DNA of 64,000 bases from Octopus vulgaris. Taxonomy: Eukaryota. A model generated the notes under the pieces. That model was not told the DNA's origin. It did no database searches and saw nothing but the letters and a program-made list of their open reading frames with translations. The DNA lies in contig OX597830.1 in NCBI GenBank assembly GCA_951406725.2, positions 75,826,001 to 75,890,000 on the forward strand, read 5' to 3'. Below are positions 41,388 to 56,370 of this stretch, piece after piece (the stretch's first letter is position 1; each line of letters starts with the position of its first letter). The position numbers and the translations under genes are program-made.

Positions 41388-41588
41388 TTGTGTGTCTGTG
41401 TTTGTCCCCCAACATCGCTTGACAACCGATGCTGGTGTGTTTACGTCCCCGTAACTTAGCGGTTCGGCAAAAGAGACCGGTAGAATAAGTACTAGACTTA
41501 CAAAGAATAAGTCCTGGGGTCGATTTGGTCGACTAAAAGGCGGTGCTCCAGCATGGCCACAGTCAAATGACTGAAATCAGTAAAAGAC
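41290..41588 (+). mobile_element. SINE A 3' half starting at a long (TG)n
   Basis: Near-consensus tail. Confidence 0.85.
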
Positions 41589-41959
41589 AACTACTACTTC
41601 AGAATTAATTCGATTCATTATACTTAGTCTTTTATTATGAATATTTATTTAAACTGGTTTTCCATTTATTCCTTTTGTATATTTATGTTTTGAATGAATT
41701 AGCCATAAAGGATGTGAAGCGTCAATGATATTTTGTAGCGCCATCGTGATTAGTGAGGAAAGAATAGAAAACTAAAGGATTTGATCTCAGAACGTCAGAG
41801 CCAGAATAAGTAATGCCAAGTATGGCCGCATGGTGACGAATCTTGCTTTGTAACCACGTGGTTTCGGATTCTGTCCAAGCAAAATATTATTTTGCAGTGG
41901 AGGAACCTTCAGTTCCTACTTTCTATTTCACTTGAAACTGGTGGAGGGGGTATTTTTTC

Positions 41960-42530
41960 CACTTTGATCATTCTCTGAGTGGTGAATCATGGTAGCCTGG
42001 TGGCAGACACTAACGATACCAGGCATGGATGCTTGCTCTTGCCGTTGACTTTTCCGCTACTTGTCCTCTTCTATTTTATCCTCATCTCGGCAGAAATTCC
42101 TCAAATGGTCTTTACTCCTACAAGTGTGACAAATAGCCTCCGCCTTGCAGTACTAGGCTGATTCACTTCTTCTACACTTTGACAATGATGTTAACACTTC
42201 AAGACAGCGTTGTACTGTTCTGAAATTATCTGGACCATCATGTCCACCTGCTCATATATTGTTGCGGATGATGGTCTCCTATTCACCCATCACCAGCTTG
42301 CACTGTACCACAAAGATGACGGCGACCCGAGGTTCAACGTTCGTTCTAATAATCCCTGGCTGTAGAACATTGTTTTGTCTATCCACACATTTCCGTAGTT
42401 TTGTGCAACCCACCACTTTAGCCTGTTTCTTTGCCTTCTCCTTAATCTTAAAATCCAGGCACATAACGTCATATTGCATCGATCAAAGCTTCTTCTAATT
42501 GTTCACTCGAGATCATGAGAAAACCTCCAA
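41960..42530 (-). pseudogene. Decayed gag-like ORF1 of an L1/Tx1-type LINE
   Basis: CHTCRSKDHLRNFC (CX2CX4HX4C) at 42090-42131 minus, preceded in another frame by ISLVLQG; boundaries approximate. Confidence 0.4.
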
Positions 42531-43515
42531 CTTCCTCTTAAAAAACAAATTCACATTACGTTCTTCCTTGTACTTATCTAAGGAATAACTTTGACAAGAG
42601 CATAATGTTTATTTTCTATGCATTTCCCTTTTCTTCTTTTCTTGAAGCTGAACTATGTTTAAGTTTTTTGCTGATTCGCAATACTAGCAAAAAATTTACT
42701 ATTGTTGTTAATGCCTTTGTCTTAAAAATTTGCATTTTCACCATTTTGTTTTTCTTAAAATTTCAATGTCTGTATGAAGAGGCGTGTTGGTTTTACAATT
42801 TTCATTTCCTTTTCTATTTCCCCTTTTAAAATATATAATGCCTTTTTCTTTTTTATATTTTGCAAAATTTTCGAATTTCGTGGAACGTATTCGTCACAAT
42901 TCCCTTTGCGGACAGCACAGACTATCCCAGAGACTATCACAGACCATCCCGTTGTTCCAGAGCTGATCGTCTTGAATAACAAAGAGAAACCTTACTTTTT
43001 ACGCCAAAGTAATGAAGTGAATCTTTAATATCCTAAAGCTCTTTGTTGTCAACATAAACCAACAAAATCATTTTCTCATCCATTAATGCTGGTAATAAAT
43101 ATTTCTTTATTATCCACAGGAGCTTAAATATCTAATAGCAAACGTGTTACACAGAAGGGTCGAAAAAGTACTTATCCATAATGCCTTACAACTAACGGGA
43201 CCAGTGGTAATTCAAAATTTTATAAATGTTCTTCATTTTTTAATGTATAAAATTGTAGATCTTCAAGACATCGATTTCATTTTGTTAAAATATCGATTAT
43301 GTCTTGCATTTCGAACTACAGTTAACATTCTTGAATGCGTAACACTCGAACTTGCTTTATTGTGTTAAATATTGCAATTATGCCTTTGATATCCTTTCAT
43401 AGTTAAACGTTTAAAGTATGACACACGAACTTCTTTCATCATGGCAAGTATTTTGATTGTGTCATCGGATTCCTTCCATAGTAAAGCTTCTTTAAAGCAT
43501 AGCATTTGACAAAAT

Positions 43516-43749
43516 TTATTTCTTTACTACCCGCAAGAGGCTAAACACAGAGAGGACAAACAAGGACAGACAAACGGATTAAGTCGATTATACCGACCCC
43601 AGTGCGTAACTGGTACTTAATTTATCGGTCCCGAAAGGATGAAAGGCAAAGTCGACCTCGGCGGAATTTGAACTCAGAACTTAACGGCAGACGAAATACG
43701 GATACGCATTTCGCCCGGCGTGCTAACGTTTCCGCCAGCTCGCCGCCTT
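43516..43749 (-). mobile_element. SINE B monomer (young)
   Basis: Near consensus; TSD CATTTGACAA at 43503 and 43752. Confidence 0.9.
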
Positions 43750-44276
43750 CACATTTGACAATATCGTGAACATCCGAATAACGTTTATACATAATATTTC
43801 TTTCTTATTTTAGTACAGGGCCAGCAATTTTCGGGAGGGTGGGGTTTAATCGATTACAATGAATCAATACTCAACTGATACTTCGTTTATCGACCCGAAA
43901 GGATGAAAATCGAAGTCGACCTCGCCTAAAATTTAATTCAAAGCGTAAAGAACAAATAAGAAAGGCCGCTAAGCATTTTGTCGGACGCACCAATAAAGGC
44001 TCACCACCTTTATACTACATTATTGGTAATAAATCGTTTCATTATAAGGCTGACAGCATCAAATTTAAAGGAGGTGTGTAGACTGTATCGTCACCCCAGT
44101 ATGTAACTGGTATTTTGTTTTATCACTTTCGAAATAAATGAACAGTGAAATCGACCTTGAAAAATTAAAGGCAAAGTCGACCTTAGTTTTGAAACCAGAA
44201 TTTAAAGAGGTAGGATGTACTGATGCTGACAAATAATGAAAATATTGCAATTTTTTAAATCGTTACATGGCCACAG

Positions 44277-44615
44277 TGAAGGCGCATGGCTCAGTGATTT
44301 AAGCGTCGGGTTTACGATCGTGAGGTGGTGAGTCTGATTCTTAGACCGGGCTGCGTGTTGCGTTCTTGAGCAAGACACTTTATTTCACATTGCTCTAGTC
44401 CCCTCAGCAGTAGAAATGAGGTGCGACGTCACTGAAGCCAAGCTGTGACGGCCTTTGCTTTTCCTTTAGATAACATAGGTAGCTTTAGATAACAGAGAGG
44501 AGGCTGGTATGTATGGGCGACTGCTGGTCTTCCGTAAACAACTATGTCCGGACTTGTGCCTCGGAAGGGAACTTCTAGGTGCAATCCCATGGTCATTCAT
44601 GACCGAAGGGAATCC
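44277..44615 (+). mobile_element. SINE C
   Basis: Colinear with 9911 and 23540. Confidence 0.85.
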
Positions 44616-44989
44616 TAACATAGCCACAAATTTAGGTCCCAGGAAAACAATAACTACATCGATGATACTAGTTACATTTCATTCATTGATATCGTATTCA
44701 CAAAGTAATTATGAAAGAATTGTTGGGCCCGTGATATGAACTTCCTTCACCCTCTGCAATGTAACTGATTTCGAGAAATCGACCTCGATTCTTGATTAGC
44801 ACCTTATTCATCCAACCCTCGAAAGAGTGAAAGGCGCGTGCTACTCACAATCGCAAGAGCGTGGTTTCTATTCCGAGCCTAGGTCTCATAGGACAGGTTA
44901 CTCGTAGGACCGGATGCCATAACGTTGCTTTCTTGAGGAAAATACATTTCATGTTGCTCCACGACCACTCAGCAGCAAAACCTGCACCG

Positions 44990-45501
44990 GTTTTTTTTTC
45001 CGATAAGAGTTCAGGACCCCAGTAATGAACTCATTTGCATACAGCCAATTAGAGCTCACTTTGGCCTTGTTGCGAAGTTAACAAACACACTCTACCAAGT
45101 GAACTCAAAACGAAGAACGGGTATTGTAAATCGACCGATCGCCAAGTTATTCCTGGTTTTAGAAGGAGACAAGTAATTAGATAGATTTGCATCTATACCT
45201 ATTATCGGATTTTGTTAGGGGCCCCATATCGTAAAGAGGTGGATGGGGGGAAATGCGGGTTACAAAGTAAGCAACAACACAAATAACTTCGCAGAGGCAG
45301 CCATGTTTGAAACAAGAACAAGAAAAACAAGCATTATTATAAGTGAAACGAAGCATGGTCATTCCTTAACCAAGAGACTTTATCTTATCACCCATCACTT
45401 GTTATGCGCTCATTAATTACTTTGATAGTTGAGCTCTGATTAGCTGCATGCAAATGAGATCAAAACTGGGGTCCGAAACTCTCGTGGGAAAAAAAATTCG
45501 C
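44990..45501. mobile_element. Second copy of the octamer/CCAAT MITE, inverted, nested in a SINE
   Basis: Same TIRs and internal sequence as 15519-16071, in reverse complement. Confidence 0.85.
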
Positions 45502-46307
45502 GCACATGGCTGGCATCCTATTCAGCGGTAGTGATGTGATTTCGGTCACTTATGCGCTATGGCATCCGGTCCTATGAGTAACCTGTCCTATGAGACCTAG
45601 GACTCCGGGTAGAAATCTCCATGTCATGATCAGGATGAAGGAATAAAAATCACGATTTCTGCAGGAATTGAACTCAAAGTCCACACGCAACGAATAAAAC
45701 CATAAGTTGCTATAACGATTCAAACAATTCGTCGCTTTGCAACTTAATCGTTCGCTTCTAAAGACCCCCAGGGAAGATGAAAGAGAAGTAAAGTATGCCC
45801 TAACAGGATTCAAAAATTTAACTTAAACACACATAAATGATTGAATTCTACATGGCCCTTCGACCTATTGTCTTTTTCATTGTTTTCATATATTAGACGA
45901 TTGCTAGAAATGCTTACAAATAGCAACTAAAACTATCCGCAATTTTCTTTAATCTTTTTTAAAGTAAAGTTTGCGGATCTTAATTCAATCACTTAAAATT
46001 ACATAACTTTAAATGCTTGTAGCTTAAGCTACATTACTTAAATGTATTTTTATCATTAATTTCCAGAAGAAAAAAAACATGGATACGATGTGCGTCCTCA
46101 ACATGCAAAACTGTATCAGGACTACAGTTTTGAAAGATAATCCGGTGAAAAAGTCGAAAAACTTAAAGTGGTTGGAAGAAATTTAACAAGATTCAAGATT
46201 GCTTTAGATTGGGTACATCTGAAACAGCTTGGATTATACATCTTCTAGATTGTAAGAGAAGCTAATATAAAGATAAACAGTAACATTTTATTATAGAAAT
46301 TTATTGA

Positions 46308-47097
46308 GATGGTAAGCTGGCTGAATCGCTACCATGACAGAGAAGAAGATTAACAGCATTTCGTCCGAGCTTCCATTCTGAATTCAAATTCCGTCGAGGC
46401 TGACTTTGCATTTCATCCTTTCGGGTTCGATAAATTAAATACCAGTGAAACACTGGGGTCGATATAATTGACTACTCCCCACTTAGTAGAAAGAATTATT
46501 ATTAAAGGCGACGAGCTGGCAGAATTGTTAGTACAATATAGGAAATGCTTAGCGGTATTTCGTCTGCCGTTACGTTCTGAGTTCAATTTCCGCCGAGGTC
46601 GACTTTGCCTTTCATCCTTTCGGGGTCGATTAAATAAGTACCAGTTATGCACTGGGGTCGATATAATCGACTTTTTCCGTTTGTCTGTCCTTGTTTGTCC
46701 CCTCTGTGTTTAGCCCCTTGGGTAGTAAAGAAATAGGTATTTCATCTGTCCGAATTCAAATTCTACCGAGGTCGACCTTGCCTTTCATCTTTTTGAGGTC
46801 GATAAATTTAGTACCAGTGAAACACTGGGGTCGATGTAATTGACTACTTCCCTCCCACCAAAGTTCGGGCCTTGTGCCTTTAGTAGAAAGGATTATTATT
46901 AAAGGCGGCGAGATGGCAGAATCGTTAGCACGCTGGACGAAATGCTTAGTAGTATTTCGCCCGTCGCTATGTTCCGAGTTCAAATTCCGTCGATGTCGAC
47001 TTTGCTTTTCATCAATTACCAGTTACCCACTCAGGTCGATGCACTCGACTAACCTCCTCCCCCAAAGTTTCAGGCCTTGTGCCTATAGAAGAAAGTT

Positions 47098-47144
<47 letters not shown>

Positions 47145-47275
47145 GCTTTCATCCTTTCGGGATCGATGGAATAAGTGCCAGTCCAGTGCTGGTTCTGGGG
47201 TTGATATAATCAATTAACCTGATTCCCCACCCCCACCCCAAACTTGCAGGTGTTTTCGTCAAAGTCGAAAAGTTT
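46308..47275 (+). mobile_element. Cluster of about five SINE B copies separated by ATT-rich tails
   Basis: Repeated heads at ~46308, 46506 and 46903, and repeated GCCTTTCATC bodies. Confidence 0.8.
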
Positions 47276-47444
47276 ATTATAAAAATCAATCCTTACATAA
47301 ATACAAAGCCAGATATTTTACAGCCGATAAGTATCAAACCACGGGAATGAGATGGAACAGCATTATATCAGACCCCGGAATGATGAAATGCTGCCCTCGT
47401 GACGATTTGAACGCAGAACATACTGAATTATATAAACATATAAC

Positions 47445-47837
47445 TCTTTTACTTTTTCACCCTTTTACTTGTTTGAGTCATTTGATTGCGGCCATGCTGG
47501 AGCACCGCCTTTCGTCGAGCAAATCGCCCCCAGGACTTATTCTTTGTAAGCCTAGTACTTATTCTATCGGTGTCTTTTGCCGAACCGCTACGTTACAGGG
47601 ACGTAAACACACCAGCATCGGTTGTCAAGCGATGTGGTGGGGGGATACAAACACACACACACACACATATATAAATATATACGACAGACTTCTTTCAGTT
47701 ACCGTCTACCAAATCCACTCACAAGGCTTTGGTCGGCCCGAGGCTATAGTAGAAGACACTTGCTTAAGGTGCCACGCAGTGGGAATGAACCCGGGACCTT
47801 GTGGTTCGTAAGCAAGCTACTTACCACACAGCCACTC
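47445..47837 (-). mobile_element. SINE A full copy
   Basis: Reverse complement of the consensus. Confidence 0.88.
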
Positions 47838-48024
47838 GACTTCTGATTGCGATACAAAGCCAGCAATTTCGAAGCAAAGAAAGTAGTCATTATCATCGGC
47901 CCCAGTAGTTAGCTGGTACCTTATTTTATTATCTTTGGTGGGATGAAATGCGAAGTTAACCGAATGATATGAATTCGGAACGTAGTCGACTAGATATAAC
48001 AATATTAAGTAGTAGTAGTAGGAG

Positions 48025-48088
<64 letters not shown>

Positions 48089-48883
48089 GCAATTGCACAG
48101 TAAAACGAATAATTGATTAGTATAAGCCGACTCACTGTTCAGGTTTTTTACGAGGTTATCTGTGTGCTGTGCTAAGGGACTTAATTTGCATCCTTCACTG
48201 GCTTTGCTTTCAGTCCATACTGAATAGTTTCCCTTCCATCGTGAACCATCTGCCTTCTCGCTACATATCTATAATCTTCATAGATATGCCTGTAATTTTT
48301 ATAGGTGCTGAATATAGTTAAGCGGAAAAACAAAAATATGATTCATAAACATCACAAAATTTCATTCTGCTCATTTGTTTTTATGCTATGAATTTAAAGC
48401 TTTAACTTTGTTAAGGAAAAGTAAAATCGTAAATTTATGTAGTGTTATTACTATCACCAAAACCCTACAAACCGGTTAATTTTCTACGAGCGGGACAAAG
48501 TGTTAAGAGTTATATTTGCAATATCGAAGTTACGTCCCTTTACATTTTCTGTTTCAAATCCTACCGGGTATTAAGTGTGTTTGTTATTCCCTCCTGGGGT
48601 CATTAAAATTGAATACCATTAAAGTATTGAGTCTGATTTAATCATTTTAGCCTCTTTCCTTACAAATCAGGCATTTTGTACTTCCGAGTGTATTTAAGAA
48701 TGATAGGAAATATAGCTGAATGAGGAACAGCTAAGAAATACCTGGCGACCCGGGTTCGATCCTACTCGATTGACTGGTAATTTTTTTCTTTCTTCTTCTC
48801 TGTTTTTTTTTTTTTTTTTTTGGCACTCCATTGTCATGTGTTTGAAAATAGGTAAAAATTTCAAAAACCATGAACAAAGAGGT

Positions 48884-49358
<475 letters not shown>

Positions 49359-49855
49359 AATTTAGTTGTAGAGGAAGAACAGAGCTAAAAGGAATTAATA
49401 AGATAAAATACTACGATAAATTATTTTTGTGCGTAAATTTCAATAACATTGGAAGAGATTAAAATAAATGGAGAAAATACGAACGACTGAAACTAAATTC
49501 TATTCTAGTCAACGAGGACGCTTCTTTGTAGACTATCGGTCTGCTAGAAATAGCAGCCACTTCATTCAAATCTCACACTCTTACCACACAGTAAGGTGTG
49601 ACTTAGATAAGGTAGTCCTGTGTCTTTCCATGGAGGTGGTCGCGGACGGAACGCCATCGATCATGGGTTGAATCCATTAGAGATGATATATTGGTGAGCA
49701 ACAATGATGATAGCATTACCTGAGTTTCTTTAAAACGTGAGCATCATTACAAAGGAATGAAAGACAGAACATTTTTATTTCTCTTTCTAAGCGATAAAAG
49801 GGAAACAAGAAAATATCTATGAACGTAAGTGAACTATGAAGGTAACGGTCTTAAT

Positions 49856-50084
49856 GGCGGCGAGCTGGCAGAAACATTAGCACGCCGGGCGAAATGCTTA
49901 GCGGTATTTCGTCTGCGTTACGTTGTGAGTTCAAGATCTGCCGAGGTCGACTTTGCCTTTCATCCTTTCCGGTCGATAAATTAAGTACCAGTTACGCACT
50001 GGGGTCGATGTAATCGACTTAATACCTATGTCTGTCCTTGTCTGTCCCCTCTGTGTTTAGCCCCTTGTGGGTAATAAAGAAATA
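49856..50084 (+). mobile_element. SINE B monomer
   Basis: Near consensus; TSD GGTCTTA(A/G)T. Confidence 0.9.
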
Positions 50085-51196
50085 GGTCTTAGTTATCGCA
50101 TTTATATTATTAATTTGAATTTGTAAGAAGGTGGATGACTGGCAAAACGGTTAGGGAACTACTTTCAGTATGCGCCTGTAGATTGGAGAACCACATCTGA
50201 ACGAGGGCTCGGGCTTTTGGTGATCAGGGCTATCCTGGATCTGTGGGATTCCTTCATTGGCCCAAGATTGAGGTTCTCCTCTATTAGGAAAACTACATCA
50301 TTCCTGTGTTCACCCAATTTGTTCACCATGTATACTTTTATTTCATTTTCACCGTCTTTTATTTTTCTTTCCTCTCACCTCGTATGTAAAACCCTTCACA
50401 AACTGTAAACTTTTCTTGTAATGTCCCTCTGTACTAAATAAAAAGATTTCAATATAAACGAAACCCAGGGCAACGAGCAGGCAAAATCGTTAGCACACCG
50501 GACATAATGCTTAATGGAATTTCTTCCGGGTTTAGGTCCTGAGTCAGAATTCTCCCTAGGTCGACTTTGCCTTCCATTTTTTTCCGGGTCGTTATAATAA
50601 GTACCAGATGGGTCCTGGGTCGGCGTGTGTACTCGACATTCCATCCTCCAAAACTTGCTAGCCTTGTACCAAAATTAGAAACATTGGAAGCGATTATTAA
50701 CAAGACCGATCCATACAAAACCAACGTATTACAAGAGTCGCTCCTTAAACGCATGAGGTTATACGGACAGGGTTATGTAATAGTAAAAAGCGGTGCTGTA
50801 CGAAAACTGTTTTATGGTATAATTAAAACGAATACGTTTTTAATTAAATTATGTAATTAAGTATATTAATATATATTTATCTGCATGATTTTTTTTTAGT
50901 AATAAGACCTGGTACAGGTTGCAGACTGTAAAAGCTGAAAAAACTCAACCAATGATTCCAGCTTACGACAGTGATGATAAATGTAGATTCCTCTCTCCTC
51001 CCTCCTATGTATGTATGTATGCATGCATGCATGTATATATATATATATGTATATATATATATACACACGTTCACACACACACATCAAGTCTTTATTTTAT
51101 ACGATTTATTATGTAATTAATTAACAATTTTTAATTGAAGAAAATTTTCCTTTCAAACTTTGTGACTATATCAAGAATTTTTTCTTATAACTTTGT

Positions 51197-51367
51197 GGCG
51201 CAGGTGTGGCTGTGTGGTAAGTAGCTTGCTTACCAACCACATGGTTCCGGGTTCAGTCCCACTGCGTGGCACCTTGGGCAAGTGTCTTCTACTATAGCCT
51301 CAAGCCGACCAAAGACTTGTGAGTGGATTTGGTAGACGGAAACTGAAAGAAGCCCATCGTGTATATG

Positions 51368-51447
<80 letters not shown>

Positions 51448-51641
51448 TCCCCTCAACATCGCTTGACAACCGATGCTGGTGTGTTTATGTCCCCGTCATT
51501 TAGCGGTTCGGCAATAGAGACCGATAGAATAAGTACTAGGTTAAGAAACAATTAGTCCTGGGGTCGATTTGATTCGATTAAAGGCGGTGCTCCAGCATGG
51601 CCGCAGTCAAATGACTGAAACAAGTAAAAGAATAAAAGAAT
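51197..51641 (+). mobile_element. SINE A full copy
   Basis: GGCGCAGGTGTGGCTGTGTGG head through the GTAAAAGAATAAAAGAA tail. Confidence 0.92.
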
Positions 51642-52591
51642 ACTGTATTCGATACCATATATAAGTTGAGGTGCTTGTGTGGACGTTGGATTAGCCCAGT
51701 CAGCTCCAAGGCCATTACAATTGCACAGGAATCTACGGTGAGAGAATACAATACTTTTGTGGGCCAGAACCTGGGGTTTATCTTTGAGGGATTTTATGTC
51801 ACTCAGATGGGTAACCTTTTCTTCCTTGATGCACTATCGGATGTCTGTGTGTGTGTGAGTGTGTGTGTGTGTTTGTGTGTGTGTGTATATGTGTGTTTGT
51901 GTGTGTGTGCGTGTTTGGGGGGGGGGGTGTTTGCTGGACCGTCATTGGTGTGGGGTTAATGACTTTGGTGAGGTGTGTCTAAGTTTTGTATATTGACAGT
52001 AATTATAGGAAGATGATGAAGTATTTTCTAGATCTTAAGGAAAAAAAAAGTGGTTATTATACATTCTACGCTATGTATGCGCAATCAATAATATTCAGAT
52101 TATCGAAGCTGCTTTTAATTCGGACTTTTCACTTTGATCCACATCAGCAAATAGATTTCACACTATCTTATATATGACCCAGACCGGTGATTCGTTTTGT
52201 TTCGAGGTGTGTTGAGTACATGGTACTGACGAGCTACAAATTAGCGAAACTTCGATATATATCATTCTTGCTCACCGAGGGGAGAGTTGTTTCACCTGAT
52301 CTGGGACATTCGTTCTTCTTTAACAATCAACTTTGTTATGAGTGCTTTTAATTCAAACTTAATTGCAGGTATACTGACATACATGTATACATACATGTAC
52401 ATATAAACATACATACACACACACAAACATATATATATATATATATACGCAGGCGTGACTCTGTGGCAAGAAGCTTCCTTCCCAACCACATGAACCCGGG
52501 TTCATTCCCTCGGCGTTGCACCTTGGGCAAATATCTTCTACTACAAGGCCTTGTGAGTGGATTTAGCCGATTGAAACTGAAAGAAGTCCAT

Positions 52592-52632
<41 letters not shown>

Positions 52633-52646
52633 CTGTGCGTCTGTGT

Positions 52647-52693
<47 letters not shown>

Positions 52694-53146
52694 CGTGTGT
52701 GTGTGTGACTGCGTGTGTATCGTTGGTGGTGGTGATGATTAGGGCGACAACGGCGACAATCATGATGATGATGATGATGATGGTGGTGGCAGTTTCTTCG
52801 TTTTGGAAGATCATGATGAAGAGCGTGACGCCCTCAAGCGGCTATGAAAATCAATCCTCAGCGATGCAGGGTTTGCGTTAAATAGTTTTCTTAAGTGAGA
52901 TTCAACCTGCGCAATCCGATCTTGAGGCGTGGATACTTCCCTATATGTCTGATGTAAGATGTGTCTATCAGCCTTCCAGCTTTTCGTGTTGGCTCAGGAA
53001 GGGGACACGTCTACTGCGACGCATAGCTATCTTTAACCCCTTCAATCACGGACAAAATAGTAAAACTATTTTTAATTTTAATTTTTTATTGATGCTAAAA
53101 TACAGATAAATAACACATATTGAGTAAATTTTTAAAGTATCCAATA

Positions 53147-53560
53147 CTCTCTCTTTACTCTTTTACTCTTTTACTTGTTTCAGTCATTTGACTGCGGCCA
53201 TGCTGGAGCACCGCCTTTAGTCGAGCAAATCGACCCCGGGACTTATTCTTTGTAAGCCCAGTACTTATTCTATCGGTCTCTTTTGCCGAACCGCTAAGTA
53301 ACGGGGACGTAAACACACCAGCATCGGTTGTCAAGCAATGCTACGGGGACAAACACAGACACACAAAGACACAAACACACATATATATACATATATACGA
53401 CAGGCTTCTTTCAGTTTCCGTCTACCAAATCCACTCACAAGGTATTGGTCGGCCCGGGGCTATAGCAGAAGACACTTGCCCAAGATGCCACGCAGTGAGA
53501 CTGAACCCAGAATCATATGGTTCGTAAGCAAGCTACTTACCACACAGCCACTCCTGCGCC
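53147..53560 (-). mobile_element. SINE A full copy
   Basis: Near consensus; TSD CCAATA(C/T)TC. Confidence 0.92.
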
Positions 53561-54524
53561 AATATTCAATATTCTTAATTTTTTGGCATGAATAAAAAAT
53601 TTTGGATAAATAAAAATTTTGCTAATATTTGTTAAAGAAATTACCAATTTACTTACATCTGTGAGATTTACGAGCAGACTTGTGATCAAACAGTAAATCC
53701 AGATCACGTGGTCTTGGTTTCGTATCCTTTTTAGAGATGTCCAATGAATTGGTAACTGTGACTCAACTTAATTGTAATTTATATTTCTTTTGTAATTTAT
53801 GCTGGGAAATTGTCCAATACTGAAGGGTTTAAAACAGGTGTTTTTTCTGACAAATCATGCCATAGGGTCCAGAGAGTAGGGGCGCTGTGTAGCATATAGA
53901 TGTGCATTAGAGGTATGTGATAGGCCAGTGGTCATATGACCCGGAGGTTGTAGAGACAGTTATAGGTCCATCGAGATTCGTTTTGGTGATGTGATGTAGG
54001 AGATGAAATAAGTTTTCTTAGGGAGATGAGTATAGCAACGGGTTCAATCTCCGTGCAGGCAAAATCAACATGGGATAAGCATGAGGGTGCAAGTAGTGTT
54101 GTGAGGACAGAAATCATTGAGGATGAGAACTTAGGAAAAGACTAAAGAGAGAGATTGAGATAGAGAGAGAGAGGGAGAGAAAGAGAGAGAGATAGAGAAT
54201 GGTAAAGTGAGGAGCGAGAGACGAAAAGAGAGAAAGGGAAAGAGAGAGAATAACACACACACACACACTCACACACAGGCATACAGACAGACAGAGAGAC
54301 AGACAGAAGTTGGTTACATTTAAGCCCTGTCGGAAAGCCTGGTTCGAATCCTGGCAAAAGAATGAACTCCACTATAAACGCTCATGGGCCTGGTGGTGGT
54401 TATATTAAAGCGGGTATCTTCCTTTTTAGTACCACCTGTACGAGAAAATAAAAAAAGAAAAATGAAGGCATCCTAACGAAATTACACTACTAGAATGATG
54501 TAGCCCGAACGATTGATCTGCTTG

Positions 54525-54751
<227 letters not shown>

Positions 54752-55052
54752 TAGATGATATATGAATGAAAAGAAACAGAACAACGATGGGCAACCCACA
54801 TCTACAGGTTTGTGAGAAATCATCACCAACATGTTTTGATCAGCGCACCTCACCATTCTAACCAGCTTCTACACCAGTATACTATATACATCCAGGTACT
54901 GGGAAAATGGTCACTTAGTTCCCGAAAAATCCTATAACTCAGGTGTCAGAATGTGAAAGACTGGACCCACTTCTACCAAATGGTTATGGAGAGATGTTCG
55001 ACTTGCAAGTTTATTTCCACAGATAACGTTTTACTTTTTTAAAAATTTTGTT

Positions 55053-55455
55053 GGCAGGAGTGGCTGTGTGGTAAGTAGCTTGCTTACCAACCACATGGTT
55101 CCGGGTTTAGTCCCACTGCGTGGCACCTTGGGCAAGTGTCTTCTACTATAGCCCCGGGCCGACCAAAGCCTTGTGAGTGGATTTGGTAGACGGAAACTGA
55201 AAGAAGCCCGTCGTATATATGTATATATATATATGCGTGTGTGTTTGTGTGTCTGTGTTTGTCCCCCTAGCATTGCTTGACAACCGATGCTGGTGTATTT
55301 ATATCGCCGTTACTTAGCGGTTCGGCAAAAGAAACCGATAGAATAAGTACTGGGCTTTCAAAAGAATAAGTCTCGGGGTCGAGTTGCTCGACTAAAGCCG
55401 GTGCTCCAGCATGGCCGCAGTCAAATGACTGAAACAAGTAAAAGAGTAAAAGAGT
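55053..55455 (+). mobile_element. SINE A full copy
   Basis: Near consensus with GTAAAAGAGTAAAAGAG tail. Confidence 0.92.
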
Positions 55456-55899
55456 ACATGAGCCCAGATATGTATGCTGAGTAATTTAAAAGATCGATTC
55501 GTAATCATGGTTATCATCTCAATTTCGATTTCACTGCGCAGCATATTGGAGAAATGTATTTGCCAGAGCTTTTGGTTGACCCAAGCCTTCTCTGTAATTC
55601 AGTGATCCAGCCTGGTCATACTTGTATAAAGATGATTCTACCTAAGAATTACTTTAAGAGTACATGTGTTTGTGGAATATTCAACCACTTTCGATTCTTA
55701 TTGTTCTGTTGATTAAACATCTGGATACTCATGTGTCGAAATGAAGTCGTAAATAAGTTCCGCTTTTGGTTATTCAAAGCTCACCTTTTTGTTCCAAACA
55801 AGGTGCAGTATCTGAAGAGAAATTTATTTTTCAACAATATAATTACTACAAGAGGCTTGGGTTTTTAATAACGACTCAGATATACAACGCCCCAATAAA

Positions 55900-56370
55900 C
55901 TACTAACACAACGACCCAGTGGCCAAATGACTCGGTCTCACATAATGACCCAGTGATGCAATTATTCAGAAGCACGATGAACCAGTGACATTAAGGCCCA
56001 GTAGCACAATGCACAATGATCCAATAACTAAGTCACACACTGACCCAGTGATGCAATGGTCCGGCACCAAAATGGCCCACTTACAAAATAACCCAGTGAC
56101 CCAATGACGTGATGATATAATGGCATAATGACCCAGTGACCCCTAATGACCCAGTGACATCCAGTGACTGAGGGACCCCAATTACACAGTGACCCCAATT
56201 ACCCAGTGACCCCAATTACCCCGTGACCCTTATTACCCAGTGACCCCAATTACCCAGTGACCCCAATGACTAGTGAATCAGTGACCCAATGAATCTGTAA
56301 CTCAGTTATACAATGACTCAGTTGTACAATGATTTAGTGACCCATGACTTTATGATGTCATGACTTGACC
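55900..56370. repeat. GACCCAGT-based minisatellite with a 17-bp homogeneous core
   Basis: GACCCCAATTACCCAGT repeated about 5.5 times at 56173-56270 within degenerate ~20-bp AATGACCCAGTGA units. Confidence 0.85.

Noticed and set aside
54310-54356. GGTTCGAATCC tRNA-like T-loop (similar at 48750)
   Set aside because: No cloverleaf or A-box; likely decayed SINE heads. SINE A/B/C heads were likewise not called tRNA genes.
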